From Patescibacteria group bacterium (GTDB lineage: Bacteria; Patescibacteriota; Minisyncoccia; 2-02-FULL-40-12; GWA2-44-9): a stretch of DNA of 64,000 nt. The notes below the pieces were generated by a model. It ran no database searches. It worked only from the letters and a program-made list of their open reading frames with translations, and was not told the origin of the DNA. Position 1 is the stretch's first letter; every line of letters starts with the position of its first letter. The DNA lies in NCBI GenBank assembly GCA_038064515.1, contig JBBTSY010000004.1:96585-160584 (forward strand), in the 5' to 3' direction. Shown here piece after piece: positions 48,075-57,770 of this stretch. A program made the position numbers and the translations under genes.

Positions 48075-49688
48075 TTATTTATCTACCGTATAGGCCGAAT
48101 GGATCCAGCCGTCTTGGCCCTTGAAATTGATTTTGAACCAGACACCGATTTGACCAGTTTTTTCATAAACATCGGTCGGTACCATCTTCCCGATAATCAC
48201 ACCGTCGAGAGAAGGAGTTTTCCTGATATTTAGCCAGTTCACGCCTTTCTTAACCCCGAGCGAGCTTTTGACACCAAGCCTAGCAAATTCAGAACCGGAG
48301 ATAACCTGCACATCCGCCCAATTATAGCCGGCGGCGCTAAATTCTTCAATGGTTTTTACCCACGTTAATGCGCCATTTGCTCCTTGCACATATACCTTAG
48401 GGTCATTTGCTTTTCGGAAAAGTGTTGCGCTTGTCGCGGACAAGGGAGAAATTTTTAATTCTGCAAATTCTGGACCTGATATCACCTGTACATCTGCCCA
48501 ATTGTAACCGGCAACATTGAATTCCTCCAAAGTCCTGACCCACGTTAATGCGCCGTCGCTTCCTTGAACGTATACTTTTGGATCGTTTACTTTTCTGAAA
48601 AGCTTAACCGTCTCGGGTGTTGGAGTCGGTGATGGAGTCGGACTCGGTGTTGGTGATGGCGAAAGAGTAACTATCGGTGTCGGAGTAGGCACTGGAGCAT
48701 CTCCGCCGGAAACATTACTTATCGGATTTATAACAGCAAGTGTTTGACTGTCGCTTCCCGTGGTCCTATCAGCGTACGTTCCAGTTGTTACCCGTAATGT
48801 TGATACGCCTGTATATTGAGCGAGAACCCCGGTATTTGCTAATGGTACGGGGCAATACCAATAACCTTCATTCGCGCTTGTTCCTATAGTACAAGTAGTT
48901 CCATAACTATCCCCGGCCAAAACAGTTCCTGATGTTAATTTGGAAGTTTCAAAAGTGCCGCCAGTTTGCCATACCTGTATTTTATGGCCAAATAGGAGGC
49001 CGCTTTCATTCAGAGTGCTATTGTCGGCAGTTCCGAAATCAACTGATTGGGATGCCGTAGCAGAAACAGTCAGGGCCGAAGATGTTCTATTTACATAACC
49101 ATTAGCGCCTCCGGTAACGGTCCCGCCACTGGTTGAGGCGCCGATATATCTCTTGCCGCCACTATACGACTGTGAAGCAACTGTCCCGCTGTATGCAGCC
49201 GAAGCCGTAGTGCCGTTTAATGTTAAAGCTGTGTTTAATTCATCAGTAACCCCGTTCACTAAAATCGTATAATCCATGCTCGCTCTGGTGGTAAAGGTAA
49301 TATTACTGCCCGCACCCGATACCGTGTCTGTTACCAATCTTGAGACCCAGCCGTTAAAAGATGCGGTGGCCGTTATGGCTTCACCGGCATCGCAGCCCGC
49401 CCGATTAGAAGCATTTTCTGCTGAGCTTGAGGCAATTTTTATGATGCCGTCCAGGAGATTTGTGCTTTCTGAAGCTGTACCATCTGTAACGACGCCCTCA
49501 CCCGAACCATTACATTTATAGGTAATGGTTGCCCCGCTTGAGCCATAATAAGCGGGAACATCAAGTTCGGTATCGATCCGGAAAAAATAGAAATCTTCGG
49601 CAAAAGCAGATCCCGGGACAGAGACGAAAAAAAACACAACCAGAAGCAAAACTGACAACAGTTTGTTCAATTTCATTACTCTTATCAT
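48075..49688 (-). CDS. Secreted surface protein. Signal peptide, Gly/Thr/Ser-rich β-region, Pro-Thr-Ser linker, two tandem NDPKVY…GYNWADVQVISG modules and a C-terminal SH3b-like domain.
   Basis: Linker PTPIVTLSPSPTPSPTPSPTPTPE. Modules FRKVNDPKVYVQGSDGALTWVRT… and FRKANDPKVYVQGANGALTWVKT…. C-terminus …VNWLNIRKTPSLDGVIIGKMVPTDVYEKTGQIGVWFKI…. Confidence 0.55.
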   Translation of the reverse strand: MIRVMKLNKLLSVLLLVVFFFVSVPGSAFAEDFYFFRIDTELDVPAYYGSSGATITYKCNGSGEGVVTDGTASESTNLLDGIIKIASSSAENASNRAGCDAGEAITATASFNGWVSRLVTDTVSGAGSNITFTTRASMDYTILVNGVTDELNTALTLNGTTASAAYSGTVASQSYSGGKRYIGASTSGGTVTGGANGYVNRTSSALTVSATASQSVDFGTADNSTLNESGLLFGHKIQVWQTGGTFETSKLTSGTVLAGDSYGTTCTIGTSANEGYWYCPVPLANTGVLAQYTGVSTLRVTTGTYADRTTGSDSQTLAVINPISNVSGGDAPVPTPTPIVTLSPSPTPSPTPSPTPTPETVKLFRKVNDPKVYVQGSDGALTWVRTLEEFNVAGYNWADVQVISGPEFAELKISPLSATSATLFRKANDPKVYVQGANGALTWVKTIEEFSAAGYNWADVQVISGSEFARLGVKSSLGVKKGVNWLNIRKTPSLDGVIIGKMVPTDVYEKTGQIGVWFKINFKGQDGWIHSAYTVDK

Positions 49689-49720
49689 ATCATTTTTTTT
49701 AAAAAGGGGCTTGTTGATAA

Positions 49721-50227
49721 CTATTCCAGATCAAGTTGACCCAGCTCCATAGATCCACAAAACATGGTAAGTTGGGCAGGAAGTTTCGTACTGCTAAGAG
49801 TAACCAGCAACCAGCCATAGGCATCAAGAGAATATCCTTTACTGGCGATTTTTAAAATTCTCGGCTCGGCTGACAAAGTATTATCGAGCATAATCTGCGT
49901 ATTGTTTGGATAAGCAACCTGCGATGGCGCTATGGATGTACAGTTTTCATCAAGAACTAAGCGTCTATTTATCGGTTTTAAAATCTCTGACCAATATTTA
50001 TAACTATTAATCTCTTTGATTATCAAAGTCGGTATTGGTTTAACGCTGTTTTTGGGCAAGTTGGGTGTTTTGCTTGGGGTTGGTGTCGGAGCAGATGTTG
50101 GGCTTGTTGAAGTCGCCGTATCAATAACGTTTATGTCTTTGTCGTCACGACTCACCCAAAAAATTGCTGAACCAACAATAGCGACAACGACCACTGAATA
50201 AGTGTAGATGTTTTTATCTATTTTCAT
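49721..50227 (-). CDS. Small secreted or membrane-anchored hypothetical protein (N-terminal TM, Pro/Thr linker, globular C-terminus).
   Basis: MKIDKNIYTYSVVVVAIVGSAIFWV…TSAPTPTPSKTP…. Confidence 0.4.
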   Translation of the reverse strand: MKIDKNIYTYSVVVVAIVGSAIFWVSRDDKDINVIDTATSTSPTSAPTPTPSKTPNLPKNSVKPIPTLIIKEINSYKYWSEILKPINRRLVLDENCTSIAPSQVAYPNNTQIMLDNTLSAEPRILKIASKGYSLDAYGWLLVTLSSTKLPAQLTMFCGSMELGQLDLE

Positions 50228-50244
50228 AATAAATTAATAATGGT

Positions 50245-51303
50245 TTAGCGGGTATATATGGGCACCTGATTAATCGAGGTATAATCTGAACCCTTAGCAT
50301 ACCAGTTAAACTCGTTAGAGTTTATACAGAATACTTTTTTGAAGAAATCGGGGTCATCGGCTACGGCTTGAGCTCCCGAAACGTTGACCCAATGAAGTAT
50401 GCCTGCATCCTCGCCTGTTGTTTCAATGCCATAAACCTTAGGGTCATTGGTTTCACAATTCCTGAAAAGACCAGAGGTTACAAGGATGATCCCGGTTGAT
50501 GACACAACATTTTTAACTTGAGCAAATCCGCCTAAATGGCCATAGAAACTAAATATGACTGGATTCAGAAATAATCTCTTATAACCCCAATCATTAACAA
50601 TATAGATGTCGGGGTTGCCCGAACCAACAGCGCTAATTGTGTTTCCATCACTTAAACCTAAAGCATTCAGACCGGTAAATCCGAGCGAAATTGGGTTCGG
50701 CAGGATCGTTGGAGCAGGAGTTTCCGTCGGAGACGGATCGGCCGACGGCTGGGGTGTCGGGGCGGGCGTAGGAGTCGCTACGACTCCAGGCAAAGTCAAA
50801 GTATTGCCATATATCGGAACGCCTATTAAGGTCGGCGCAACCAGAGTTGGAAAAGTGAATCCACTGAAACCAAGACGGACATTACCGGCCGCGGAAGACG
50901 AAAGACTCGCTTTGACTAGATATGTCTTGGGTGTGCCGCCATTTCCTATAATAACATCCCCAAATCGGATTAAGTTGGGATTTGCGCTCTGGTTGGGATA
51001 CGTACCTTTCAGAGTTGAGGTAGAAGTAACGTCATATATATAAATGTTGGTAAAATTACTCAAACCACCCGATACATCCGTATTCAAATAAATACCGTTC
51101 AAATACACATCGCCAACTGACGCGGTTAAAGTAATTCGCGCCACATCAACATATTGGGCGCCAGCCGATAAACTTTGAGCCAGAGGCGTTTCGTTATGCA
51201 ATGTCGCAGTCAGCGCCGGCACTTCCTGGGCAGATGCGTATGGCGATAAGCTCGAAAAGGAGCTGACCAATAACAGGGTCAATATCAAATATTTTATATT
51301 CAT
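50245..51303 (-). CDS. Secreted protein with a ~150-aa C-terminal module that is paralogous to the N-terminal module of the giant protein at 51410-54790.
   Basis: Signal peptide. C-terminal …DIYIVNDWGYKRLFLNPVIFSFYGHLGG…FRNCETNDPKVYGIETTGEDAGILHWVN…NEFNWYAKGSDYTS… versus the giant protein's …DIYIVNAPGYKRLFLNPVIFNFYGHLGG…FRNCETNDPKVYGVETTGEDTGILHWVN…. Confidence 0.55.
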   Translation of the reverse strand: MNIKYLILTLLLVSSFSSLSPYASAQEVPALTATLHNETPLAQSLSAGAQYVDVARITLTASVGDVYLNGIYLNTDVSGGLSNFTNIYIYDVTSTSTLKGTYPNQSANPNLIRFGDVIIGNGGTPKTYLVKASLSSSAAGNVRLGFSGFTFPTLVAPTLIGVPIYGNTLTLPGVVATPTPAPTPQPSADPSPTETPAPTILPNPISLGFTGLNALGLSDGNTISAVGSGNPDIYIVNDWGYKRLFLNPVIFSFYGHLGGFAQVKNVVSSTGIILVTSGLFRNCETNDPKVYGIETTGEDAGILHWVNVSGAQAVADDPDFFKKVFCINSNEFNWYAKGSDYTSINQVPIYTR

Positions 51304-51334
51304 ACTTCATATTATACCAGATACAAGCCAAACC

Positions 51335-51358
51335 AAAAACCCCCGAAAGGGGGTTTTT
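51335..51358. terminator. Intrinsic terminator AAAAACCCCC-GAAA-GGGGGTTTTT (bidirectional), immediately downstream of the giant surface-protein gene.
   Basis: 5-bp G/C stem with a GAAA tetraloop between A5 and T5 tracts. Confidence 0.6.
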
Positions 51359-51409
51359 GGTTTCGAGAAACGCCATCGCGCGAATCCCGAGATTGACTAG
51401 GTAACTATG

Positions 51410-54400
51410 TTACTTCGTCAAAGTTTGACTCTCTGCCAATGTCTTTAGCATACCATCAGTAAACCAGTCATCCGTTGTAGTGGCATGGCTAGCTGCTGAT
51501 GAATCGGTCCAGACAAAGGAGGCGCCAGAATTTCGCTGAACTGTTGAATCATCCGTAGTCACCGTTGTTCCCTTTGGATTGGTGATGCTTGTGGTTACGC
51601 TTTCATTAGTCGCAAGCGTACCACCTACGGTTGTCTTCAATTCAAGGATGATAGGGGTTCCCGCAGAAATCACACGCTCGACAGCAAAGGTGAACTCTAC
51701 GCGAGTAGTAGTACCAATATCGCTGACGCTGGCGGTGCTAGAACCAGAGAAAGAGGTGATATCAATGCCATTCTCATACAACTTCCAGCCTGCCGCTGCA
51801 GGACCGAATGTCCCGGCTAGTGAAGTTGAAGATACGGTGAAAGTGATATTATTCCATCCCACCTGACTACCGGTTGCGCTGACTTCTGTCTTGAATAATG
51901 TCTGGGTGCCAGCGCTTAAGGCCGTAGTAGACAAAGCTTTGTTAGCAAAGGTCGGATAACCTTTGACAACATAGTTGGCGTTACCGGTAAAGCTTGCCGG
52001 AGCATAACCGTTTTCAGTGGTTATGGCACCCGCGCTATCTCGGAACTTCAAGCCGTCCAATTGGACAGTTACATTGCCGGCAGTATCGTTTGCTCCGACA
52101 CCGACAGCAGATGTTACCACATCCACAGTGAAGGTCTTAGTACCCTCTGATTGAGGCATAAGTAAGTCAAGACCGGTGAATGAAGCAGAAGACGTTGACG
52201 AACTAACCACAGCTGAACCAATAACCGTTCCGACACTGTTCTTCAATTGAAGATTAGCAACCGCACCCGAAGACGATGCCAACGTGCTTGAAAGATCAAC
52301 ATAGACCTCATCAAGATAGTAGTCATCATACGTCGGCGTAAGGGTGAACTGATAACCAGTTACCGTTGAACCACCATTTACGAATCGGGCCGATGGAAGC
52401 GAACCATTGGCTTTCGTCAATGCACCGGTCTGGGAAGTTATCGTTTGACCGGCAACCACACTGGATGTGGTTGAAGTGCTGGAACCCGCAGTGGTGCCAG
52501 TTGCGCTAAACGCAAGTCGGACTGCATCCAGAGCGGTAATACCGGCCTCAACATTTGCCCAAACCTCAATCTGATAGGTCTTGTTGGCAGGCAATGAGAA
52601 GTTTACCGCGAAGCTTGTGCTCGCGCTTTCGGACATAATGGCCTTGACCGGCGAAGTGTACACAAGAGAACCCGCGTCGTTCCAAACTTTGATGTATGAA
52701 TCATCTAATTCACCACCATCAAAGGTAACACCGGTTACCAACTGCGGCATTATGTCAATTGAACTGACATTAACACTTTCCGATGAAGCGGCGGTTAAGG
52801 TGAAGTGACCAACTTTAACATTGTTCTTCGGATCAACAACCGACTGGTTGGCATAACCGGTATATTTACCGGCCGTGAGTGAACCAATTTTAATGGTTAA
52901 GGATGTTCCAGTCTTTGCGGCGCTTGAAACATAATCCAATGTCGTCAAACGCTGGACATTTGATGAGCCGACAGCAAAGTTTGCGGTAAAGGTCTGGTCA
53001 GCCGCGACATCATTTGTACCGCTGGCATCAAAGATGTCAGCTCGGATTTCCACAATTCTCGGTGTTCCCGGAGTAACAATCAATGAGGAACCCAAGGAGA
53101 CTTGTGCGTAGGCAGTACTGTTTGATGCGGCTGGCGAACTATCTTCCCAAAGGGTTGTTGTAGAACCAACCTGTACGCCATCAGCGAAGATAGCGGCATT
53201 GCGAAGAGCTAACAACGCGGTCTGACCGCTACTGTTATCAATACGAAGATTTTCAACTTTCATCTTCTCACCGGCGGCCTTGAACTCAAATCGAGACAAG
53301 ACAACGCCAGAAGCGCCTTTTACAACATTGCCGGAAGGTGAATCAGTCGTTTTGGTGATAGTTAACGTGCCTGAAGCAATATTTTGGGCAGTAGAGCTTA
53401 CCGGGAATGTGCCGGTTGCCAATACTGAAGCGCCGGCATACTGGGAATCAACGGTCCAGATATCGGATTTCTGCCTCAAAGAAAGGTAGAAATTCTTGCC
53501 CGAACCACCAATTATATCAACCAATACTTTGAATGTTCGGCTTCCGGTTTCAAGCTTGACCGGGCTAGCCGTCATATCAAACACGATATAGCCGTTAGCA
53601 TCGGCTTGAGCTACGGTGGAACCCTGCTGAACTCCATCAATCAAAAGACGGAAATTCTGGAGGTCCCCTGCCGCTACTGAACCGATAACTCTATACTGAA
53701 CTGATTTCAGCCAAACATATCTGGTGCCGATAGTTACAGCATCATTCCAAGCGACAAAATCACTTGCGGGAACCGGAGCTCCATCTGAAGACGGGGTTAC
53801 ACTCGCAGATAACGCTGTCGTGGCTTGGGTGGCAGTGGCAAGGGTATGCATATTGCCAGAAATGCTATAAGCAACACCGTTCACACTAGTGAGCTGAACA
53901 CCAATGGTCTCGCCAGCCGTTCCGTCAACATCGGCCAAAACCGAGATGACCTTGGAGCCGGATACTGTGAATAAGCCAACGGCATCGTTGAACGAAACAA
54001 CACCGCTTGAAACGGTAGCCGCATCGGTCAAACGCTTTACACCGTCATACAGATAGACATTTGTTAATGTCGCATCCGCTGATACGCCAATTCTGTTTAA
54101 TTTCACATTAGTAACGGCTCCATTACCGCCAAACATGAATTCAGCTAAGTTGTATCTGGCCTGTCCGTCCACAATTGTTCCGGAAGCTGGGTTTGAAGAA
54201 GCCAAGCTTACCGATAACGGGCCAGTTGGAGGAGGCGTGCCTCGTACATAGTTTGGTACTTGGCTTACTGACGTGTAGTCAGCGCCCTTGGCGTACCAGT
54301 TGAATTCGTTGTTGTTGATGCAGAACACCTTATTAAAGAAGTTTGCATCATCAGCAACTGCTTGCGCTCCAGAGGTGTTTACCCAGTGGAGGATACCGGT

Positions 54401-54790
54401 GTCTTCACCGGTGGTTTCTACACCATAGACTTTAGGATCGTTGGTTTCACAATTTCGGAACAAACCCGAAGTTGGGAACGCATCGCGGGTCGTAGCGGCT
54501 ACGTTTTTCACAGCGGGGAAACCGCCGAGATGGCCGTAGAAGTTGAAAATGACTGGGTTCAAGAATAATCTCTTGTAGCCCGGAGCATTTACAATGTAGA
54601 TATCTGGATCGGACGATCCAGCTGCTGAAATCGTGTTTCCTTCTTGGAGACCGAAGTCAGCTGGGAATGCGGCAGATGCTTTAGGAGCATAAGCGGCGAA
54701 TCCGGCTAGCGACAACATGGTCGTTAGCGCTGTGAGAACAGCAAAGGTCTTTTTCAAAACCTGGAGCCGTCCCTTGGATACATTACTCAT
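51410..54790 (-). CDS. Giant (1126 aa) secreted cell-surface protein (S-layer / adhesin-like). Signal peptide, N-terminal shared module, then long Ser/Thr/Gly/Ala/Val-rich β-repeats.
   Basis: MSNVSKGRLQVLKKTFAVLTALTTMLSLAGFAAYAPKASA. Composition bias is strong and no catalytic motifs are evident. Confidence 0.55.
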   Translation of the reverse strand: MSNVSKGRLQVLKKTFAVLTALTTMLSLAGFAAYAPKASAAFPADFGLQEGNTISAAGSSDPDIYIVNAPGYKRLFLNPVIFNFYGHLGGFPAVKNVAATTRDAFPTSGLFRNCETNDPKVYGVETTGEDTGILHWVNTSGAQAVADDANFFNKVFCINNNEFNWYAKGADYTSVSQVPNYVRGTPPPTGPLSVSLASSNPASGTIVDGQARYNLAEFMFGGNGAVTNVKLNRIGVSADATLTNVYLYDGVKRLTDAATVSSGVVSFNDAVGLFTVSGSKVISVLADVDGTAGETIGVQLTSVNGVAYSISGNMHTLATATQATTALSASVTPSSDGAPVPASDFVAWNDAVTIGTRYVWLKSVQYRVIGSVAAGDLQNFRLLIDGVQQGSTVAQADANGYIVFDMTASPVKLETGSRTFKVLVDIIGGSGKNFYLSLRQKSDIWTVDSQYAGASVLATGTFPVSSTAQNIASGTLTITKTTDSPSGNVVKGASGVVLSRFEFKAAGEKMKVENLRIDNSSGQTALLALRNAAIFADGVQVGSTTTLWEDSSPAASNSTAYAQVSLGSSLIVTPGTPRIVEIRADIFDASGTNDVAADQTFTANFAVGSSNVQRLTTLDYVSSAAKTGTSLTIKIGSLTAGKYTGYANQSVVDPKNNVKVGHFTLTAASSESVNVSSIDIMPQLVTGVTFDGGELDDSYIKVWNDAGSLVYTSPVKAIMSESASTSFAVNFSLPANKTYQIEVWANVEAGITALDAVRLAFSATGTTAGSSTSTTSSVVAGQTITSQTGALTKANGSLPSARFVNGGSTVTGYQFTLTPTYDDYYLDEVYVDLSSTLASSSGAVANLQLKNSVGTVIGSAVVSSSTSSASFTGLDLLMPQSEGTKTFTVDVVTSAVGVGANDTAGNVTVQLDGLKFRDSAGAITTENGYAPASFTGNANYVVKGYPTFANKALSTTALSAGTQTLFKTEVSATGSQVGWNNITFTVSSTSLAGTFGPAAAGWKLYENGIDITSFSGSSTASVSDIGTTTRVEFTFAVERVISAGTPIILELKTTVGGTLATNESVTTSITNPKGTTVTTDDSTVQRNSGASFVWTDSSAASHATTTDDWFTDGMLKTLAESQTLTK

Positions 54791-55146
54791 TTTAATTTAG
54801 TTTATTTCTTTCCTGAACTGTATTACCACCAACCTTGCGGTAGGGATAAATCGACCAGCTATAGAAAAGAAGTTTTATTCTTTCTTTATTATTACTTCCT
54901 TATAACAACTTTCTTTCGCCCAGCCCTTACGTAAGGCTGGGGGTAGAACCTTGGTAAAGCTACCGCTAGGATTCGCTTAAAGCGAACTAGACCCATCATG
55001 TATTTGTTTCGACCAATACATTTGAGATGGTAGCTCTATCGACTTAAGATTCCAGCTATTAACAATTGGGAGAGACATCCTGTTATACAATCTTGTTTTC
55101 GTTTCAACCGTTATGGGAACATAAATTGTCAACGTTCTTTCCTGAA

Positions 55147-55210
55147 CCCCACACTCAGTTAGCGACAGCTATGCGACGGCTTGTTGAAAATATCACCAAC
55201 TGAGTGTGGG
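55147..55210. repeat. 14-bp perfect inverted repeat ccccacactcagtt…aactgagtgtgggg with a 36-nt loop. The arms resemble the arms of the conserved leader element at 5.5 kb and 59.3 kb.
   Basis: Seen directly. Lies in the 540-nt intergenic region upstream of the giant surface-protein gene. Confidence 0.4.
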
Positions 55211-55569
55211 GTGAACAACCTACCTCTTTGCAATTCGCTTCGATCACAGAGGGATAGATGGTCCATATCCTCTTAACTAGCAAAAAACAACCAATTATAC
55301 CTGGCTATCTACAAGGCTTTTATAGCTCCATTATTGTCATATTATTTCCTTTTGCCAACAACTTTATGGCGATACCTTTGGTTTATGACTTATGCCATGA
55401 ATCCTATCAAACCTGAACCCAAAGGTCAACTAACATGGCCTAAGTTTCATAACAGCTTCAGTGAGTACCAAAGCCTCATCCGTAACCTCACTACTGATTA
55501 TATTCCACGTCTTGCTAAGCAACAATAGCAAAATGTGGATAAAACCCGATAGGCGTTAATCAGAAAGAA

Positions 55570-56505
55570 CTACGGGGTAACCGAGTTTTTGAATTTGGGA
55601 GTACCGCGCAGAGGCTGGGGTGGATTACCAGCATCCATACCCGTCGTAATAAGACCAGTATTGGTGGCCCAGTTGGATGAGTCGGCACCAGGTAAAATAG
55701 CACTAATGCGCTCCATGGAGGCATACGACGGGTTACCTGTGGAGTCAGTCCCTGCAAACCAGCCTCCGAAGCAGGGGACAGAATCTATTATAACTCCCCC
55801 GGTATCGCGTAACATGAGGTTTTCGCCATCAGGCAGATTCTTGAGGCCAGATCCCCCAAATGAGCCATGTATATTGGCCGGAATGTTGGAGATTGTTGTA
55901 TCGTCGGTTCGTTCAATTAAATAATATGCTCCTGCGGCAATGCTACCAGTTAGGGTGATAATTCTAGTCTCGTTTTCAAACAACGCCCATCCATCAAGAT
56001 TAATCGCTACACTTCCAGTATTGTAGAGTTCAATCCATTCGTCGCCGCTGTAGTTCGCAGTCCCCGCCCAAGCAATTTCATTGATGACGACATGTGCTAA
56101 ACCAATGGCTGGTGTTGGAGTTGGTGACACCGGAGGCGGACCAGCCTCCGGCTGGGGGGTTAGGATCGAAGATGGGATGGGGGTACGGGAAGGGGTTGGC
56201 GTAATAAGTGTTGAGATACGCGGTATTACCGCAGGGCTTGGTGACATTGTTGGTGACACGATGGTGACACTTGGTGACATTGTTGGTGACAATAAATTTG
56301 TCACCAAGGAACTTGGTGACAAAATCGGTGTCACTAAGGTTGTCACCAAGGAATTTTCTTTCAGTGGAGTAGAAGTACCTACCGCCTCCGGCAATGAACC
56401 AGCTAAAAACGAAGGTCTATCTTCAAAAAGAAAGAGCGTTACGAGAGAAAGCGTAATAATGGCAATTCCCCAGCTGATGACATGGTTATGGGTGAATTGG
56501 AGCAT
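55570..56505 (-). CDS. Secreted or membrane-anchored lamin-tail-domain (LTD) protein with a Pro/Ser/Thr-rich linker.
   Basis: …VVINEIAWAGTANYSGDEWIELYNTGSVAINLDGWALFEN… shows the LTD signature. N-terminal TM and PSPxxP linker. Confidence 0.55.
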   Translation of the reverse strand: MLQFTHNHVISWGIAIITLSLVTLFLFEDRPSFLAGSLPEAVGTSTPLKENSLVTTLVTPILSPSSLVTNLLSPTMSPSVTIVSPTMSPSPAVIPRISTLITPTPSRTPIPSSILTPQPEAGPPPVSPTPTPAIGLAHVVINEIAWAGTANYSGDEWIELYNTGSVAINLDGWALFENETRIITLTGSIAAGAYYLIERTDDTTISNIPANIHGSFGGSGLKNLPDGENLMLRDTGGVIIDSVPCFGGWFAGTDSTGNPSYASMERISAILPGADSSNWATNTGLITTGMDAGNPPQPLRGTPKFKNSVTP

Positions 56506-56555
56506 GTGGTTGAGTTATCCACAGGCAGAAAATCCTTAGACCCACCACGAATTTC

Positions 56556-56635
56556 CCTGCCTGCGCAGGCAGGCTTTTCAGGAGCATTGCATTAAGGAGG
56601 GATAATAATTCAATACACCTGCCTGCGCAGGCAGG
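56556..56635. repeat. Two perfect 18-bp palindromes CCTGCCTGCGCAGGCAGG (56556-56573 and 56618-56635), 62 nt apart, in the leader region of the LTD gene.
   Basis: Seen directly. Confidence 0.6.
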
Positions 56636-56722
56636 TTCGTGGCGGGTCAAAAAATTCTCTTCTCTTCGTAATATCAAAATTTCACGTCGGAATCAAGCGC
56701 TTCGAGAGCCTCGGCGCGAGCA

Positions 56723-57373
56723 TTACCCAGCGATCAAATACACCGCGCCGCGATCCTTAGTTTTCTTTTTTACCAAACCGGCCGTCATGAGTTCTTTAAG
56801 GCTCCTTATTACAGTCCGCGATGACATTAGTCGAAACTCATCCACAATTTCTTTAGTCCGCGCCGGAGATTGCCGAATAAAGGTGAGAATTTTTTTCTTA
56901 TTCTCGCTAATTTCAATCTTCTTCTTTTTTATTTCCGCTTCTTTCGCGGCGAAAGCCGGTTTGATTTGAGAAGTTGCTTGAATTTTCATACGTTGAATAA
57001 AAAGTCGGAAGCGCAGAAGAGCTCTTTGAGCATACGCTAAAACAACTACATCAGAACGTTTCAGATGCTCTTCGTACTCAACAAGATCAATTAAGGCATC
57101 AGCACATGAGAGAAGATGTTGTTGTTGGAGCACGGCTGGTCCGCCTAGACTGGGCGAGGCTGGCCCGGTTATAAATTCATGATATGCCTTCACGAGGTTG
57201 TATATCTTCTGGTGAAACTTTCGGACAATAAACGGATCGCGAACAGAACTCGTAACCCGCGAGCTGGCCACTAACGCCGCGACATAAGTTGTAAGTTGAT
57301 TTTCCGCCATACGAACTGTACCACCTAGAGTATGCGATTGAATCGCTTTTGCCAAGACGGTACGTGCCAGCAT
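56723..57373 (-). CDS. Hypothetical protein with a C-terminal winged-HTH-like segment; a putative DNA-binding regulator.
   Basis: C-terminus …KKILTFIRQSPARTKEIVDEFRLMSSRTVIRSLKELMTAGLVKKK…. Confidence 0.3.
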   Translation of the reverse strand: MLARTVLAKAIQSHTLGGTVRMAENQLTTYVAALVASSRVTSSVRDPFIVRKFHQKIYNLVKAYHEFITGPASPSLGGPAVLQQQHLLSCADALIDLVEYEEHLKRSDVVVLAYAQRALLRFRLFIQRMKIQATSQIKPAFAAKEAEIKKKKIEISENKKKILTFIRQSPARTKEIVDEFRLMSSRTVIRSLKELMTAGLVKKKTKDRGAVYLIAG

Positions 57374-57441
57374 CCCGGTTCAAGAAAATTGTAATCCTCG
57401 AATATAAAACTGACAAGAAAGGGGAGAGATAAACGACGCTG

Positions 57442-57510
57442 GCCAGGTTGTGCGATGTTTACGTTGCACAACCTGGCACAGAAAAGCAACTACTCGCGTA
57501 GTTGCTTTTC
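57442..57510. promoter_or_regulatory. Two adjacent perfect hairpins or palindromes (11-bp arms ccaggttgtgc/gcacaacctgg and 14-bp arms agaaaagcaactac/gtagttgcttttct), 70-140 nt upstream of the HTH gene.
   Basis: Seen directly. They could be operators, an RNA leader structure or REP-like elements. Confidence 0.3.
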
Positions 57511-57661
57511 TGATATTGTGCGACGTAATAGATAATAGGCCCCCGCCAGGGGAATGGGATTTTGCGAAACACTCGTCACAAATTCTTTCTCCTATAAATT
57601 GTCGTCAGGTCTGCCTGTCCCTGGCCGACCAGGCGGTCAGGCAGGGAAATTATCGCAAAAC

Positions 57662-57700
57662 AAAAAAAGAGGGGTCTCTCCCCTCTTCTTTCTTAAAAAA
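57662..57700. terminator. Bidirectional intrinsic terminator AAAAAAAGAGGGG-TCTCT-CCCCTCTTCTTTCTT, about 70 nt downstream of the FKBP gene.
   Basis: 8-bp stem with A- and T-tracts on both sides. Confidence 0.6.
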
Positions 57701-57770
57701 GTTATCCACAGCCTATCCACTTTCGTTTCAGGTTGCAGGCACCTATTAAGGTTTATATAGTCACGACCTT

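Noticed and set aside
48290-48600. Two ~130-bp near-repeats inside gene 48075-49688, considered as a possible DGR template/variable-repeat pair.
   Set aside because: Identity is only about 75%, and the differences are not adenine-specific. No reverse transcriptase is in the window. These are ordinary intragenic tandem domain repeats.
55334-55528. 64-aa ORF (MSYYFLLPTTLWRY…).
   Set aside because: No recognisable features or RBS. It lies within a structured intergenic region, so it is left unannotated.
56081-56539. 152-aa plus-strand Gly-rich ORF.
   Set aside because: It is the antisense image of the Pro/Ser/Thr-rich linker of the LTD protein gene.
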